From an uncultured Planctomycetales bacterium (GTDB lineage: Bacteria; Planctomycetota; Phycisphaerae; UBA1845; Fen-1342): a stretch of 64,000 nucleotides of DNA. Position numbers and translations under genes: made by a program. The notes under the pieces are model-generated. The model saw only the letters and a list, made by a program, of their open reading frames with translations, was not told where the DNA came from and did not search any database. The stretch is from positions 85,805 to 149,804 of the forward strand of contig CAZGTH010000013.1 in NCBI GenBank assembly GCA_964528455.1, in the 5' to 3' direction. Positions 1 to 9,733 of the stretch are shown in pieces. How positions within the stretch are numbered: the stretch's first letter is position 1; the number at the start of each line of letters is the position of its first letter.

Positions 1-2586
1 GCTGATCCGCGACATTCCCTGCCAATTTGCGGGAATCGAAGCGCCGACGAAGACACGCAGCGCCGCGCTGGTGAAGAGCGCCGCGCTGGTCGCGACCAAA
101 CCATACCGGATCGTCACGAACGCCATCACCCCGGCGCCAAAAACCGCCGCGACCACGATCGACTGCCAGGCCGCCGTCGCGAAGGGCAGGAACACAAGTG
201 TCGTAACCCCCGTGGCAAGCAACGCCGCCGCCCAATCCACACGCACAATCACCCGCGCAATGGCGACCACCAGCAGAAATGTGACCGCGTCATAGAGCGC
301 CCGGACGAACAACCGGATCATCTCGGCGGCGACAAATTGCGCGCCGAGCAGGCTCTGCAGCACATCGTGCGGCGGCGCCCAATGCCCGGGCGCCAGACCA
401 AAGCGCGCGTCAATAAACGGCAGGATGGCGTACAACATCGCGATCCAGGCCCCGGCGATCATCCCGAGCAGGACTTCCCGTCCGACTGTTGGATCAAGTA
501 GCCGACCCAGCAGCGCCTTGTTCCACGCCACCATCGTTTGCGGCCAATAACGCCGGATGAGCGGCTCCAGCGCCAGGTAGTAGCCCATGACAACGGCGGA
601 TAGCCCGCACGCGCCCAGCACCGCACCGCCGAATTGCATCAGCTCGGCGGATATCGTCATCGGGTGCGTGGCGCCGAGCAGCCAACGAAACATCGCGCAA
701 CCAAGCACAACCGTCGCGAGCCTGGTCGCCCCGCGCGTGTCGGCCTGTCCGCTCAGGACATTTCGGCGCGCCAGCGGAAACGCAATAATCAGCAACACGA
801 GCAGTAGCGTGCCGCGCGCTCCAATCGCGTCCGGCGTACCCGGTGCGGCGGAGGCCCCAGCGCCGTCACGCACGACCGCGAAGAACGCGGGTTGACCGTT
901 GAGTGACGCATACTCCGCGCGAATCGTGTCGCCATCGCGACTCGTCCAAGCCCGCTGCGCATCGACGGGAACGGCCGGTCGCAGTCGTGGCGCCGCTTCC
1001 TCAAGCCGCTCGACAGCCAGCCCCGCCGCGCGCAGGCAATCGTCAGCCGAGAACGCCACACCTTCGTGAGCGCTTTGGAGAGCGTCGCGCGAAAAAGCCA
1101 CAAGCTGCCCATCGGCGTCGACCAGCAGTCGCATCGAGCGCGGCGCGGTCGGCGGATCGTCCCAGGTCGCACGCCCGCCCCCTAGCAGGTTGTTGAAAGC
1201 TCCGATCGGCGCGAGCGATTGTGTCGATGTGCGAAGCCACAGCAGCGGTCCCCCGCTTCGCGCGGCCAAGACCCAAGGTTCGGCGTCCGTAACAAACGGC
1301 TCAACGCTGACCGACCGATCCAACCCATGCGCCCGGCGCTGATCGGCCCGGCGCCCCAAATGATCGGCGAGCGTGTCCGCCCGGAACTTGAGCACCGCTA
1401 CCGGAATAGCGTCCGAGACGTCCGCGACGCGCTGGATCCACAGAGAAGTCGCGGCAGCGACGAGCGCCATGAGCACCACACACGCCCCGGCCAGCGCGGG
1501 CCAGGGCCGTCGGTCGTCGAATCGCGCGTTGGCGACCAGATCGGGACTGGGCACGTCGCCGCGGCGGATCACTTCGGCCAACGGATCGCCGCCGAGCATC
1601 GCAAGCGCCGCGATCGCGCTCGGCGGGCGATTCTCGGGTTTCTTTTCCAGGCAGCGTTGAATCGTCCTGACCACGTCGTCATCGAGTTCCGGCACGATCT
1701 CCGCCGGGGATGGCGGAATCGCAAACTGATGGGCGTCGCGCCATTCGCGCAGCGTCGACCCGACCAGCGCCGAACGACCCGTGAATATCTCGAACAGAAT
1801 CAGGCCAAGCGAATAGAGATCGCTCGCCTCCGAAACACCCCGTCCGGCGATCTGCTCAGGCGCCATGTAGGCCGGAGTGCCCGCAAACAACTCACTGCCA
1901 CGGGGTAGGTCGCGCGTGGCGAGCCCAAAGTCGCCCAGGTGAACGCCACCGCTTCGATCCAGCAGAATGTTTGTCGGCTTGAGATCCCGATGCAGAATCC
2001 CCTTCGCGTGCAGCGCCGCCAAGGCCCGGCATATCTCCTGCCCGACTTCTCGCCCGCGCTCCGGCGACAACCTGCCGGCGCGGCGCAGCAGAACCGCGAG
2101 GTCTTCCCCCTCGACATACTCCATCGAAAAAAAACACTGCGCCCCCGCGTAGCCGATATCGAACACACGGCAGACGTTGGGATGGGTGATTTCGCGCGCA
2201 ATCCGCACTTCACCCTGAAACCGCAGAAGCCACGCCTCACTGTGATCCGCATCCGGCCGAAGCAGCTTCAACGCCACGACCTGATCCAAAATGCGGTCCA
2301 GCGCCCGATACACTTCTCCCATACCGCCCGCGCCGACACGATCGAGTATCTGGTAACGCCCCGCGAATATGTCGCCGATCTGCGGTTGGGCCGATTCCGG
2401 GTCGTGATCGGCCATCGGCCGCGTGGCGTCGGCCGCGCTCGCCTGAGCCAGTAGTTTCTCCAGCTCACGCTGAAGCTCCGCGTCGCCGCGACACAATTCG
2501 GCGATCCGATCCGCGCGCTCGGACTCGGGGCAATCGTAAACCGCCAGGAAGGCTTGCTTGATCTCCCGGTGCCGCGCCGGCGTCAT
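1..2586 (-). CDS. Serine/threonine protein kinase, partial. The 3' end lies beyond the window start. N-terminal kinase domain with a C-terminal multi-pass membrane region.
   Basis: The minus-strand frame is open from the ATG at 2586 to position 1 with no stop, which is why it is absent from the ORF track. The translation shows GxGxxG..VALK, the HRDLKPTNILL catalytic loop, DFGLA, and GTPAYMAPEQ. Hydrophobic segments follow towards the C-terminus. Confidence 0.8.
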   Translation of the reverse strand, partial: MTPARHREIKQAFLAVYDCPESERADRIAELCRGDAELQRELEKLLAQASAADATRPMADHDPESAQPQIGDIFAGRYQILDRVGAGGMGEVYRALDRILDQVVALKLLRPDADHSEAWLLRFQGEVRIAREITHPNVCRVFDIGYAGAQCFFSMEYVEGEDLAVLLRRAGRLSPERGREVGQEICRALAALHAKGILHRDLKPTNILLDRSGGVHLGDFGLATRDLPRGSELFAGTPAYMAPEQIAGRGVSEASDLYSLGLILFEIFTGRSALVGSTLREWRDAHQFAIPPSPAEIVPELDDDVVRTIQRCLEKKPENRPPSAIAALAMLGGDPLAEVIRRGDVPSPDLVANARFDDRRPWPALAGACVVLMALVAAATSLWIQRVADVSDAIPVAVLKFRADTLADHLGRRADQRRAHGLDRSVSVEPFVTDAEPWVLAARSGGPLLWLRTSTQSLAPIGAFNNLLGGGRATWDDPPTAPRSMRLLVDADGQLVAFSRDALQSAHEGVAFSADDCLRAAGLAVERLEEAAPRLRPAVPVDAQRAWTSRDGDTIRAEYASLNGQPAFFAVVRDGAGASAAPGTPDAIGARGTLLLVLLIIAFPLARRNVLSGQADTRGATRLATVVLGCAMFRWLLGATHPMTISAELMQFGGAVLGACGLSAVVMGYYLALEPLIRRYWPQTMVAWNKALLGRLLDPTVGREVLLGMIAGAWIAMLYAILPFIDARFGLAPGHWAPPHDVLQSLLGAQFVAAEMIRLFVRALYDAVTFLLVVAIARVIVRVDWAAALLATGVTTLVFLPFATAAWQSIVVAAVFGAGVMAFVTIRYGLVATSAALFTSAALRVFVGASIPANWQGMSRIS

Positions 2587-3164
2587 GTCGATGCGCCCGG
2601 ATCAAACTGGCTGCGCAGCCACGCTTTGGCGTGTGTCCAGTCGCCTTCCACGCTGCGTTTGGAGACGGCCAGGACCTCGGCCACCTCCTCCACCGTCAGC
2701 CCGCCGAAAAAACGCAGCTCAACAATACGCGCCTGCCTGGCGTCGAGGCGCGACAGCTCGTCCAGCGCGTCGCTGAACTCAATCAATTCGACCTCACGAA
2801 ACTCCGCCGGCGACAGGTCGCTCGCCAACAAAACCCTCTCTCGCTCGCCGCCGCGCCGCTGTCGATTTCGCCCGCGCGCGTGGTCGATCAAGGCTTGGCG
2901 CATGGCGCGCGCCGCCGCGCCGATGAACTGGGACCGCGTCGCCCGGTCCGGCTTTGATTCCGCGAGTAATCGCAGGTAAGCCTCGTGCACGAGGGCGGTG
3001 GGTTGCAACGTGTGGTTCTTCCGCTCTTTGCGAAAGTAGGCGATCGCGACATTGTGAAGATCGGCGTACACGGCGTCGATCAGCTCATCGACGGCCTTCC
3101 CGTTCGGATTCTCAACCGCCGCCCGGCTCAACGCCGCATAGTCACGATCTTTTTCTTGCGTCAT
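2583..3164 (-). CDS. ECF-family RNA polymerase sigma-70 factor
   Basis: The 193-aa protein has sigma region 2 (ALVHEAYLRLL) and region 4 (ARIVELRFFGGLTVEEVAEVLAVSKRSVE). Its stop overlaps the kinase start by 4 nt (ATGA), which implies a co-transcribed sigma/kinase pair. Confidence 0.85.
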   Translation of the reverse strand: MTQEKDRDYAALSRAAVENPNGKAVDELIDAVYADLHNVAIAYFRKERKNHTLQPTALVHEAYLRLLAESKPDRATRSQFIGAAARAMRQALIDHARGRNRQRRGGERERVLLASDLSPAEFREVELIEFSDALDELSRLDARQARIVELRFFGGLTVEEVAEVLAVSKRSVEGDWTHAKAWLRSQFDPGAST

Positions 3165-3286
3165 TCCGTCATTCTACCGATCCGGCGGGGCGCCTGGAAT
3201 CGTCCGTCCGTCCGACGGCGGCGATGCGCTTACTTGTCGCAGCCCGACACATTGAGGATGGACCGGCGTCACGCCATAATGCCAGG

Positions 3287-4828
3287 ATGAATTCAACGCG
3301 CGTTACGGATGGTGTTTCGTCCGATGCCCCCCTCGCCGCTCAGCCCCCACCAGTAGAAACACGTGTCACGGCGCTTCGCTCCTGGATCGTCCGGATTGCG
3401 CTGATTCTCGCCAGCGCCATATCCGGCGCGGTGCTGGCGCTGCTCGCCGTCGCCGTGCTGGCGCTGAACAGTCGACCAGACTTGAAGCCGTGGCATACGG
3501 TAACGCTCGATCAGGAGTTCACCGCGGGAAGCAGCGTCAGGACCTTTGACGAGTACCTGGAATTGGAAACGCGCCTGTTCCGGCAGTTGGATGAGCGCAT
3601 CTACAACCAGATCGATCCGCGTGACACACACGATTTCGACCGGTATTCCGAGGGCTCTCGGGCCGATCCCACGCATTGGCCCACCAACTGGAATCGCACA
3701 TTCATCTGGACTGCCAGTAGCCCGCGCGCCGGCGTGCTGTTACTCCACGGCATGTCGGACTCTCCCTACAGTCTCCGCACGATCGGCCGACGCCTTCACA
3801 CTGAAGGCTGCACGGTGATCGGGCTGCGCCTGCCCGGACACGGAACGGCGCCCAGCGGCCTGCTGCATGTGCGCTGGGAGGACATGGCGGATGCTGTTCA
3901 ACTGGCGATGAAGCGCCTCGCGGATGAGTGCGACGGACGGCCACTGTACATTGTGGGGTACTCCAATGGGGGCGCGCTCGCCGTCCAGTACGCGGCCATG
4001 GCGGTCCGCAACAAAACGCTTCCCCTGCCCAGCAAACTCATTCTGCTCTCGCCGGAAATCGGCATCAGCAAGCTGGCCGGGCTCGCCGTCTGGCAGGAAC
4101 GCCTCGGGCGCGTGCTGGGTATGGGCAAGCTGTCCTGGAACTCGATCGGAACGGAGTACGATCCCTTCAAGTATGTGTCGTTCGCGCTCAACGCGGGCAA
4201 ACAGGCCTATCGCCTGACGAACGAAGTCCAGCGGCGCCTCACGCAAATTGAACGCGAAGCGCCCGAACGCCGCTTCCCGGATGTGCTCGCGTTTCAGTCC
4301 GTCGCTGACGCGACAGTTTCAGCGCCGGCCCTGATCGAGAACCTGTTCGACCGCCTGCCCGAGGGCAATCATGAACTCGTGCTGTTCGATGTAAATCAGC
4401 TTGCCAAATATTCGCTCGTTCTTCAATCCGCCTCGCGCGACCAAATGCTGGCCGTGTTGAAGCGCAGCGCCCGGGCGTTTCAGTTGACCGCGATCACAAA
4501 CCAGTCCGATTCCAGTCAGGCCGTTGTGGCGAAGTGCTGGACACCGAAGACGCTGTCTCCGACGATCGCGCCGCTCGACCTGCATTGGCCGGCCGATGTC
4601 TATTCGCTCTCACACATTGCCCTCCCGTTTTCCGAGCAGGACGAACTGTATGGCGGGCCGGCGGGCCAGCGGCCGGGCCAGCTCCAACTCGGCCTGCTGG
4701 CGCTCCGCGGTGAGCGCGGAGCGTTGTGTGTATCAGCGACGGACATGCTCCGGCTGCGCTGGAACCCATTCTACGCTTACGTGGAAGACAAGATCGTCTC
4801 GGCGATCGCCATCCCGCAGGAGCCGTAG
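3287..4828 (+). CDS. Membrane-anchored alpha/beta hydrolase (lysophospholipase / Hydrolase_4-like)
   Basis: The in-frame ATG at 3287 avoids overlap with the divergent sigma gene; the track ORF starts at 2954. An N-terminal TM helix is present. The LLLHGMSDSPYS oxyanion region and the GYSNGG nucleophile elbow (GxSxG) are visible. Confidence 0.7.
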   Translation: MNSTRVTDGVSSDAPLAAQPPPVETRVTALRSWIVRIALILASAISGAVLALLAVAVLALNSRPDLKPWHTVTLDQEFTAGSSVRTFDEYLELETRLFRQLDERIYNQIDPRDTHDFDRYSEGSRADPTHWPTNWNRTFIWTASSPRAGVLLLHGMSDSPYSLRTIGRRLHTEGCTVIGLRLPGHGTAPSGLLHVRWEDMADAVQLAMKRLADECDGRPLYIVGYSNGGALAVQYAAMAVRNKTLPLPSKLILLSPEIGISKLAGLAVWQERLGRVLGMGKLSWNSIGTEYDPFKYVSFALNAGKQAYRLTNEVQRRLTQIEREAPERRFPDVLAFQSVADATVSAPALIENLFDRLPEGNHELVLFDVNQLAKYSLVLQSASRDQMLAVLKRSARAFQLTAITNQSDSSQAVVAKCWTPKTLSPTIAPLDLHWPADVYSLSHIALPFSEQDELYGGPAGQRPGQLQLGLLALRGERGALCVSATDMLRLRWNPFYAYVEDKIVSAIAIPQEP

Positions 4829-4837
4829 GGTCCTTGG

Positions 4838-5644
4838 CTACAGCCCCCAGTTCGCCCGCACCGCGGCCAGCGTGCCATCCGCGCGCATGGATTGCAAAGC
4901 GATGCTGAACGCTTCCGTAAGGTCTGAGTCGCGGGGCAACAGGTAAACCAGCAGCGCGCCGGCCAGCGGCCCCGGCAGCTTCTCGATCCGCGGCAAGACC
5001 CGCGCGGACTCGGTTTCGAACTGCGCATCGTCCATCGCGACGCCGTCGATCTGCCCGCTCACCAGCGCATCCACCGCCGCGGACGTCGACTCAAACTCCT
5101 GCACGCGCAGCGGGCCGAGGTACTCCCTGGCCTGATCGAGTCGCCAGGTATCCTGCTGTGCCCCGGCGCGCAGGAGGGCCGCGTCGTGAAACGCGGCCAA
5201 CGTGTCGGCCGGCGCCGCGCTGGCGCTGACCACGATCCTGACTTTGGCCAGCGCGTAAGACTCCGTGACGTCGTACTCCGCCGCCCGATCAAGCGTGAAC
5301 GCGATGCCGCCTGTGGCGACGTCGAATTCGCCGGCTTCCAGATCACTCTCGACGTCCTGCGGCGCGGCGGCGACGAAGCGCGGGCGAAAATTCAGCCGCT
5401 CCGCCAAGGCCGTGATCAGATCAAAGTCCAGCCCACTGACTTCGCTCGTCGTCGGGTTGATCCGGCCGTACGGGAGATTGTCGGGTGGCATTCCGAACGT
5501 AATCACGCGCCCGAGCAGATTCGGCACTGGGGGCGGCGGCTCAGGCACAATTGGACCGATCGGAGGCATCGGGCAGCCGACGACGAGGCCTGCCGCGCCG
5601 AGCAACAATACCGCGATGATTCTCTGATTATTCTTCGACATCAT
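4838..5644 (-). CDS. Extracellular solute-binding protein family 3 (amino-acid ABC transporter substrate-binding lipoprotein-like)
   Basis: The start is chosen at the ATGATG that lies 5 nt after the AGAGGAA Shine-Dalgarno. There is a lipoprotein signal (LLLGAAGLVVGC). The SBP_bac_3-like sequence includes DFDLITALAERLN and GQIDGVAMD. Confidence 0.65.
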   Translation of the reverse strand: MMSKNNQRIIAVLLLGAAGLVVGCPMPPIGPIVPEPPPPVPNLLGRVITFGMPPDNLPYGRINPTTSEVSGLDFDLITALAERLNFRPRFVAAAPQDVESDLEAGEFDVATGGIAFTLDRAAEYDVTESYALAKVRIVVSASAAPADTLAAFHDAALLRAGAQQDTWRLDQAREYLGPLRVQEFESTSAAVDALVSGQIDGVAMDDAQFETESARVLPRIEKLPGPLAGALLVYLLPRDSDLTEAFSIALQSMRADGTLAAVRANWGL

Positions 5645-5717
5645 GAGATTCCTCTGAAGCGATCGCATTCTTCTCAACGAGAAGGCCGATTAGTCACATG
5701 TAGCGCACACAGATAGG

Positions 5718-6644
5718 TCACGGCTGATACAAGACGCGCGTTCCTTGAGATCGAAGCGTGTTGAGACGGCTGAGATAGAGCGTCTCCGAATGATAGTTGA
5801 ACTCGTCCTCCCGGAACTCGCCGAAGGGCCGCGATTCCGCCTGCAGCAGCGGATCGCCGTCAGGCACAAACGCGAAGTATGGACCGTCGAACAGCAGCAC
5901 CATGCGACCGAAATGGGTCGCGTCGACTCCGGCGCCCTTTACATGCGGGAACGGGTCTTCATCATTCACGAAGCGTGTGATCGGGATCCCGCGCAGCGCC
6001 GTCACGCCGGCGGTGTCCGTCACGCGCGGCTGACCGAACGTGACGACCTCCGTCACATCGTACCCGGCAAGCGTGAGATAGTTGGATGTGATCGTCGCCA
6101 TCGCGGCCCCGAGCGAAAACCCGGTAATCGTCAATTCGTAGTCGCTGCGAAGGTCGGGCAGAACGACATTCAGCACTTGAAGGCTAAGAAAGTTCCAGCC
6201 GCTGTGAATATTCGCGTCGAGGTCGGCCTGGTAAGCCGGCGCCACCTGCGCGTCGATCTGCCATTGCAGGTAGGTATTGGTCCCCCCAAGCACCAGGGTT
6301 TGCGTCCGGAGCGCCGGGTCGGTCAGGAGCATGAACCGACTTTCCCCGTCGTCTCCCGGAAAGACGACGCTGTAGACTGACGCGGGTCGGTCCGCGCGGT
6401 CGTACCGCTGGCGCAGGTCGGCGGACGTCAGAGCGAAATTCTGTGTGACATCCAACGCGAGCGCCATCAGCTCGTGCGCTCGATCGAAGTCGATCGGTGG
6501 CGCCGGCATCGGTTCGCCGGGGCCGGCCGGAATGTAGATCTGAAAGCAACCGCAAACGGGTACCAGTAACGCGAGCAATCCGCCGTGCGCAAAACGCCGG
6601 AGGCGCTGATTTCGCCTCGTGCCGCCAATACCGGGTCGGTTCAT
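5718..6644 (-). CDS. Class 3 lipase family lipoprotein
   Basis: The GFSLGAAMA motif (GHSLGG-type nucleophile elbow) matches lipase_3. The signal/lipobox is LLALLVPVCGC. The start is chosen at MNRPG; the track ORF extends further upstream. Confidence 0.65.
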   Translation of the reverse strand: MNRPGIGGTRRNQRLRRFAHGGLLALLVPVCGCFQIYIPAGPGEPMPAPPIDFDRAHELMALALDVTQNFALTSADLRQRYDRADRPASVYSVVFPGDDGESRFMLLTDPALRTQTLVLGGTNTYLQWQIDAQVAPAYQADLDANIHSGWNFLSLQVLNVVLPDLRSDYELTITGFSLGAAMATITSNYLTLAGYDVTEVVTFGQPRVTDTAGVTALRGIPITRFVNDEDPFPHVKGAGVDATHFGRMVLLFDGPYFAFVPDGDPLLQAESRPFGEFREDEFNYHSETLYLSRLNTLRSQGTRVLYQP

Positions 6645-6893
6645 CGCATCACTCTCCCAGGCTCGCCAAAGGGCCCCAAACGACACTTTGGTCTGAGGTT
6701 GTGCAACTTTAGTGGCTTGGCTGGGACCGGGGAAGCCTGCAAGCTCGACGTGATTGCGCGGCCCCCACCCCGTGGCGGACGAGCCCCCCTTTTTTTGTTC
6801 CGTGACAGCGCGCCGGTTCCCGTGTAGGTTTCCGGTCTCCGGCGCGATCCGTAAAGCTAACGCATCAAAACGAAACCGAATGAGGTCTGTCGC

Positions 6894-8309
6894 ATGAAGA
6901 AACGATTCGCGGGCCTGAGTGATTCGCGTCGGGGTCCGATTACGATCCTGACGCCCATCATCCTCGCCGCATTGCTTGCGTGTGTCGGCTGTACGCGGCA
7001 GCACCTGATGAAGACGCCGGTCATTGTGGCCGCGGGCGGCGTTGACCCGTTTGCGAAAGTCGGCCCCGAGAACCGTACGCAATCATTCCCGGTTCTTGTC
7101 GTCAGCGGCCGAACGCCATCCGGGAGCGCCACCCCCGGGAAGTTCTACACCGGACAGCGGAGTCGAACGCTGCGGCTCGGCGTCGCGACGATGACGATCG
7201 GTCCCGGGCTGAACTGGGCCGAGCTCGTCGAACAATCGAAGGCCGAACGCCGCGACGAGGACCCGGAAATCCGTTTCGACGCCTACCGTGAGTACGGCAT
7301 CCTATGGTCATCGATTCCGCCGACGATGATGGCGGAGGACGCCGCCGAGCCCGACCGCGCCCCCGCCGCGGACTTTGTCGCGGCCATCGAGCAGATGCTG
7401 GACAAATCGAGGCGAAACGAAATCACAATTTATGTCCATGGATTCAACACGAAATTCGATCTGAATCTGGGCATTGCCGCCGAGTTCTGGCACTACATGG
7501 GTCGTGACGGCGCGATGATCTCATTTGACTGGCCGTCCGAGGCCAGTCTGTTCGCCTATCAGGCGGACAAGGCGAATGCGGCCTACTCCACGCGGCAGTT
7601 TCGAACGCTGCTGGAGTTCCTCGCGGAAAACACATCCGCCACGCGCATTAACATTCTCGCCCACAGCGCCGGCGGACCGGTCGTGATGGAGAGCCTGCGC
7701 GATCTGAGTCTGATGAATCGGGACAAGAGCGAAGCGGAACTTCGCGCCGCGTGCCGGATCGGCCGCGTCGTGCTGGCGGCGCCGGACATGGACCTGCTGT
7801 CAGCCCTGAACGCGGGCTTTGACGGCGCCGGGCGCGTGCCCGAGTCGTTTTCGATCTATGCCTCGACCGCCGACAAAGCGCTGCTGCTGTCCAGCGCCAT
7901 TTTTCGCGCGGATCGTCTCGGCTCGTCGGTGAATCGGCTGACCCCCGATGAGCGCGCGGCGTTGCGCCGCGCGCCCACGCAGGCGATCGACGTCACGAGC
8001 GCGGAGGAGCGGTCCGGAACGTTCCTTGGACACAGCTACTACCATCAGAACCCCTGGGTCAGCTCTGACGTCGCCTTGTCGCTCGCATTCAGCGCGTCGC
8101 CGACCGAGCGCGGTCTGGTGCGCGACGAGAAGTCGGCCTTCTGGACATTTCCAGACACATACGGTGACAATATCGTCGATGTGGCGCGAGCGCTGCTTGC
8201 GCGCAGCGCGCGGGCGCAGTCCGACCCCCATCATCACCGTCCCGAAAGCGCCAGTGCCGCGCACGACACGAACGCCGATCGAGTCGGCGCCATGGAGGCT
8301 TTACAGTGA
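6894..8309 (+). CDS. Alpha/beta hydrolase lipoprotein, DUF900-like esterase
   Basis: The lipobox is LLACVGC. Motifs IYVHGFNT and ILAHSAGG are visible, the latter being the Ser nucleophile in a GxSxG variant. The protein is 471 aa. Confidence 0.6.
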   Translation: MKKRFAGLSDSRRGPITILTPIILAALLACVGCTRQHLMKTPVIVAAGGVDPFAKVGPENRTQSFPVLVVSGRTPSGSATPGKFYTGQRSRTLRLGVATMTIGPGLNWAELVEQSKAERRDEDPEIRFDAYREYGILWSSIPPTMMAEDAAEPDRAPAADFVAAIEQMLDKSRRNEITIYVHGFNTKFDLNLGIAAEFWHYMGRDGAMISFDWPSEASLFAYQADKANAAYSTRQFRTLLEFLAENTSATRINILAHSAGGPVVMESLRDLSLMNRDKSEAELRAACRIGRVVLAAPDMDLLSALNAGFDGAGRVPESFSIYASTADKALLLSSAIFRADRLGSSVNRLTPDERAALRRAPTQAIDVTSAEERSGTFLGHSYYHQNPWVSSDVALSLAFSASPTERGLVRDEKSAFWTFPDTYGDNIVDVARALLARSARAQSDPHHHRPESASAAHDTNADRVGAMEALQ

Positions 8310-9664
8310 ACATCTCGCATCGATTGCATGACCGGTTTGGTCCGATGATCCGCAAGCAGGCCGGCGTCGCCGTCGCCGCGTTGATGTGCCTGTTCGGCTT
8401 TGCCGCCGGTTGCGCCGCGCCAGGTCCGGACCGCGAGGCGCGGGCGCAGCGCGGCTATGTGTTCTATCTCGATGGCGCCGGCGGCGGCGGTATCACCAAC
8501 TGGTCGGCCGGCGTTCGAAACGGCTTGCGCGACGGCGGCTACGCCGGCGCGGGAGAGATGTTCCCGTGGGAGACGGGGCTTGGCCTGCTGGCCGACCAGA
8601 CGGCGACAAACGACTTCAAACGCGGCAAGGCGCGCAAGCTGGCCGATGAGATCGTCGCATATCGAAACCAGCATCCCGGAGCGCCCGTTCATCTCATTGG
8701 CCTCTCGGCCGGCACGGTGATCAGCGTTTTCGCGCTGGAAAGCCTTCCCCCCGGCGTACAGGTAAACAATGTCATCCTTTTGTCAGGTTCCCTGAGCGCG
8801 GACTACGACCTGACAGCCGCGCTTCAGCATGTGCGCGGCAAGATGTATGTGTCGACATCCGCGCGCGACGTCGTGCTCGGCGCTTTGCTGCCGGTCGTCG
8901 GCACCGCCGATCGGGGCGCCGACACGAATGCGACCATCGGCGTCGAAGGACCGCAATTGCCGGTATCCGCGTCAGCGCAGTCGCGCCAGTTGTACGCCTC
9001 GAAGCTGGAGATCATCCCGTGGAAGAGCGAATTCGCGCGATATGGCAATTCTGGCGGCCACACGGACTCCGTCGCGGCCCCGTTCGTCGCGCGCTACATC
9101 GCGCCGCTGGTTGAGCCACACACATCGGGCGCGGCCCCCGCCGTCGCATCGGTCAGTACGGACCTCGTTGCCAATCCGGACTTTGAACGCTGGGCGCGCT
9201 ACGCGCCCGGAACCTGGGTGACGCACGAAGTGGAGCAGGCGACGAAGGGCGAAAGCGCCAGATTGCGGGTCAAGACGACACTGGCGCGGAAATCCGCCTC
9301 GGTGCTCGTGCTGAAGCGCGAACAGTTCGACGCGACGGGTGCGCGCCGCCCGGGCGCGCTTGATCAGGTAATCTACGAGTCCGCCCAGATCCACCCGGAG
9401 GAACAGCCCCTCACCCATCCGCAAAGCACGATCCGCGAGCAATCCCGCGCGACCGTCTTCGCGGCCGGCCAGTCGTTCGATTGCCGCGTCTTCCAGGGTG
9501 GCGCCCCGGGCACGTTTTCGGCGTGGGGAACCGATCCGGACGCGGCTGTGCACATAAACGAGCGCATCCCCGGCGGAATCGTGAAGCTTCGGATCAAAAC
9601 CAGCCTCAACGGTCAGCCGCTGACGCTGAGCGCTGAACTGAGCGAGTATTATGTCGCCAAGTGA
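8306..9664 (+). CDS. Alpha/beta hydrolase lipoprotein (second DUF900-like paralog)
   Basis: It overlaps the previous gene by 4 nt. The lipobox is FGFAAGC. The nucleophile elbow is VHLIGLSAG. A C-terminal domain of about 180 aa has unknown function. Confidence 0.55.
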   Translation: MNISHRLHDRFGPMIRKQAGVAVAALMCLFGFAAGCAAPGPDREARAQRGYVFYLDGAGGGGITNWSAGVRNGLRDGGYAGAGEMFPWETGLGLLADQTATNDFKRGKARKLADEIVAYRNQHPGAPVHLIGLSAGTVISVFALESLPPGVQVNNVILLSGSLSADYDLTAALQHVRGKMYVSTSARDVVLGALLPVVGTADRGADTNATIGVEGPQLPVSASAQSRQLYASKLEIIPWKSEFARYGNSGGHTDSVAAPFVARYIAPLVEPHTSGAAPAVASVSTDLVANPDFERWARYAPGTWVTHEVEQATKGESARLRVKTTLARKSASVLVLKREQFDATGARRPGALDQVIYESAQIHPEEQPLTHPQSTIREQSRATVFAAGQSFDCRVFQGGAPGTFSAWGTDPDAAVHINERIPGGIVKLRIKTSLNGQPLTLSAELSEYYVAK

Positions 9665-9733
9665 AAAAGATGGACGCCGATCGCCGCATCGGCCAGGGAA
9701 CGCCACAATCAAACCGCCCGCGAGGAGCATGCA

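Noticed and set aside
2954-3286. The 5' extension of the hydrolase ORF (MIPRVIAGKPRARGRW...) in the six-frame track.
   Set aside because: The extension overlaps the divergent ECF sigma gene and is Arg-rich nonsense. The ATG at 3287 gives a clean TM anchor.
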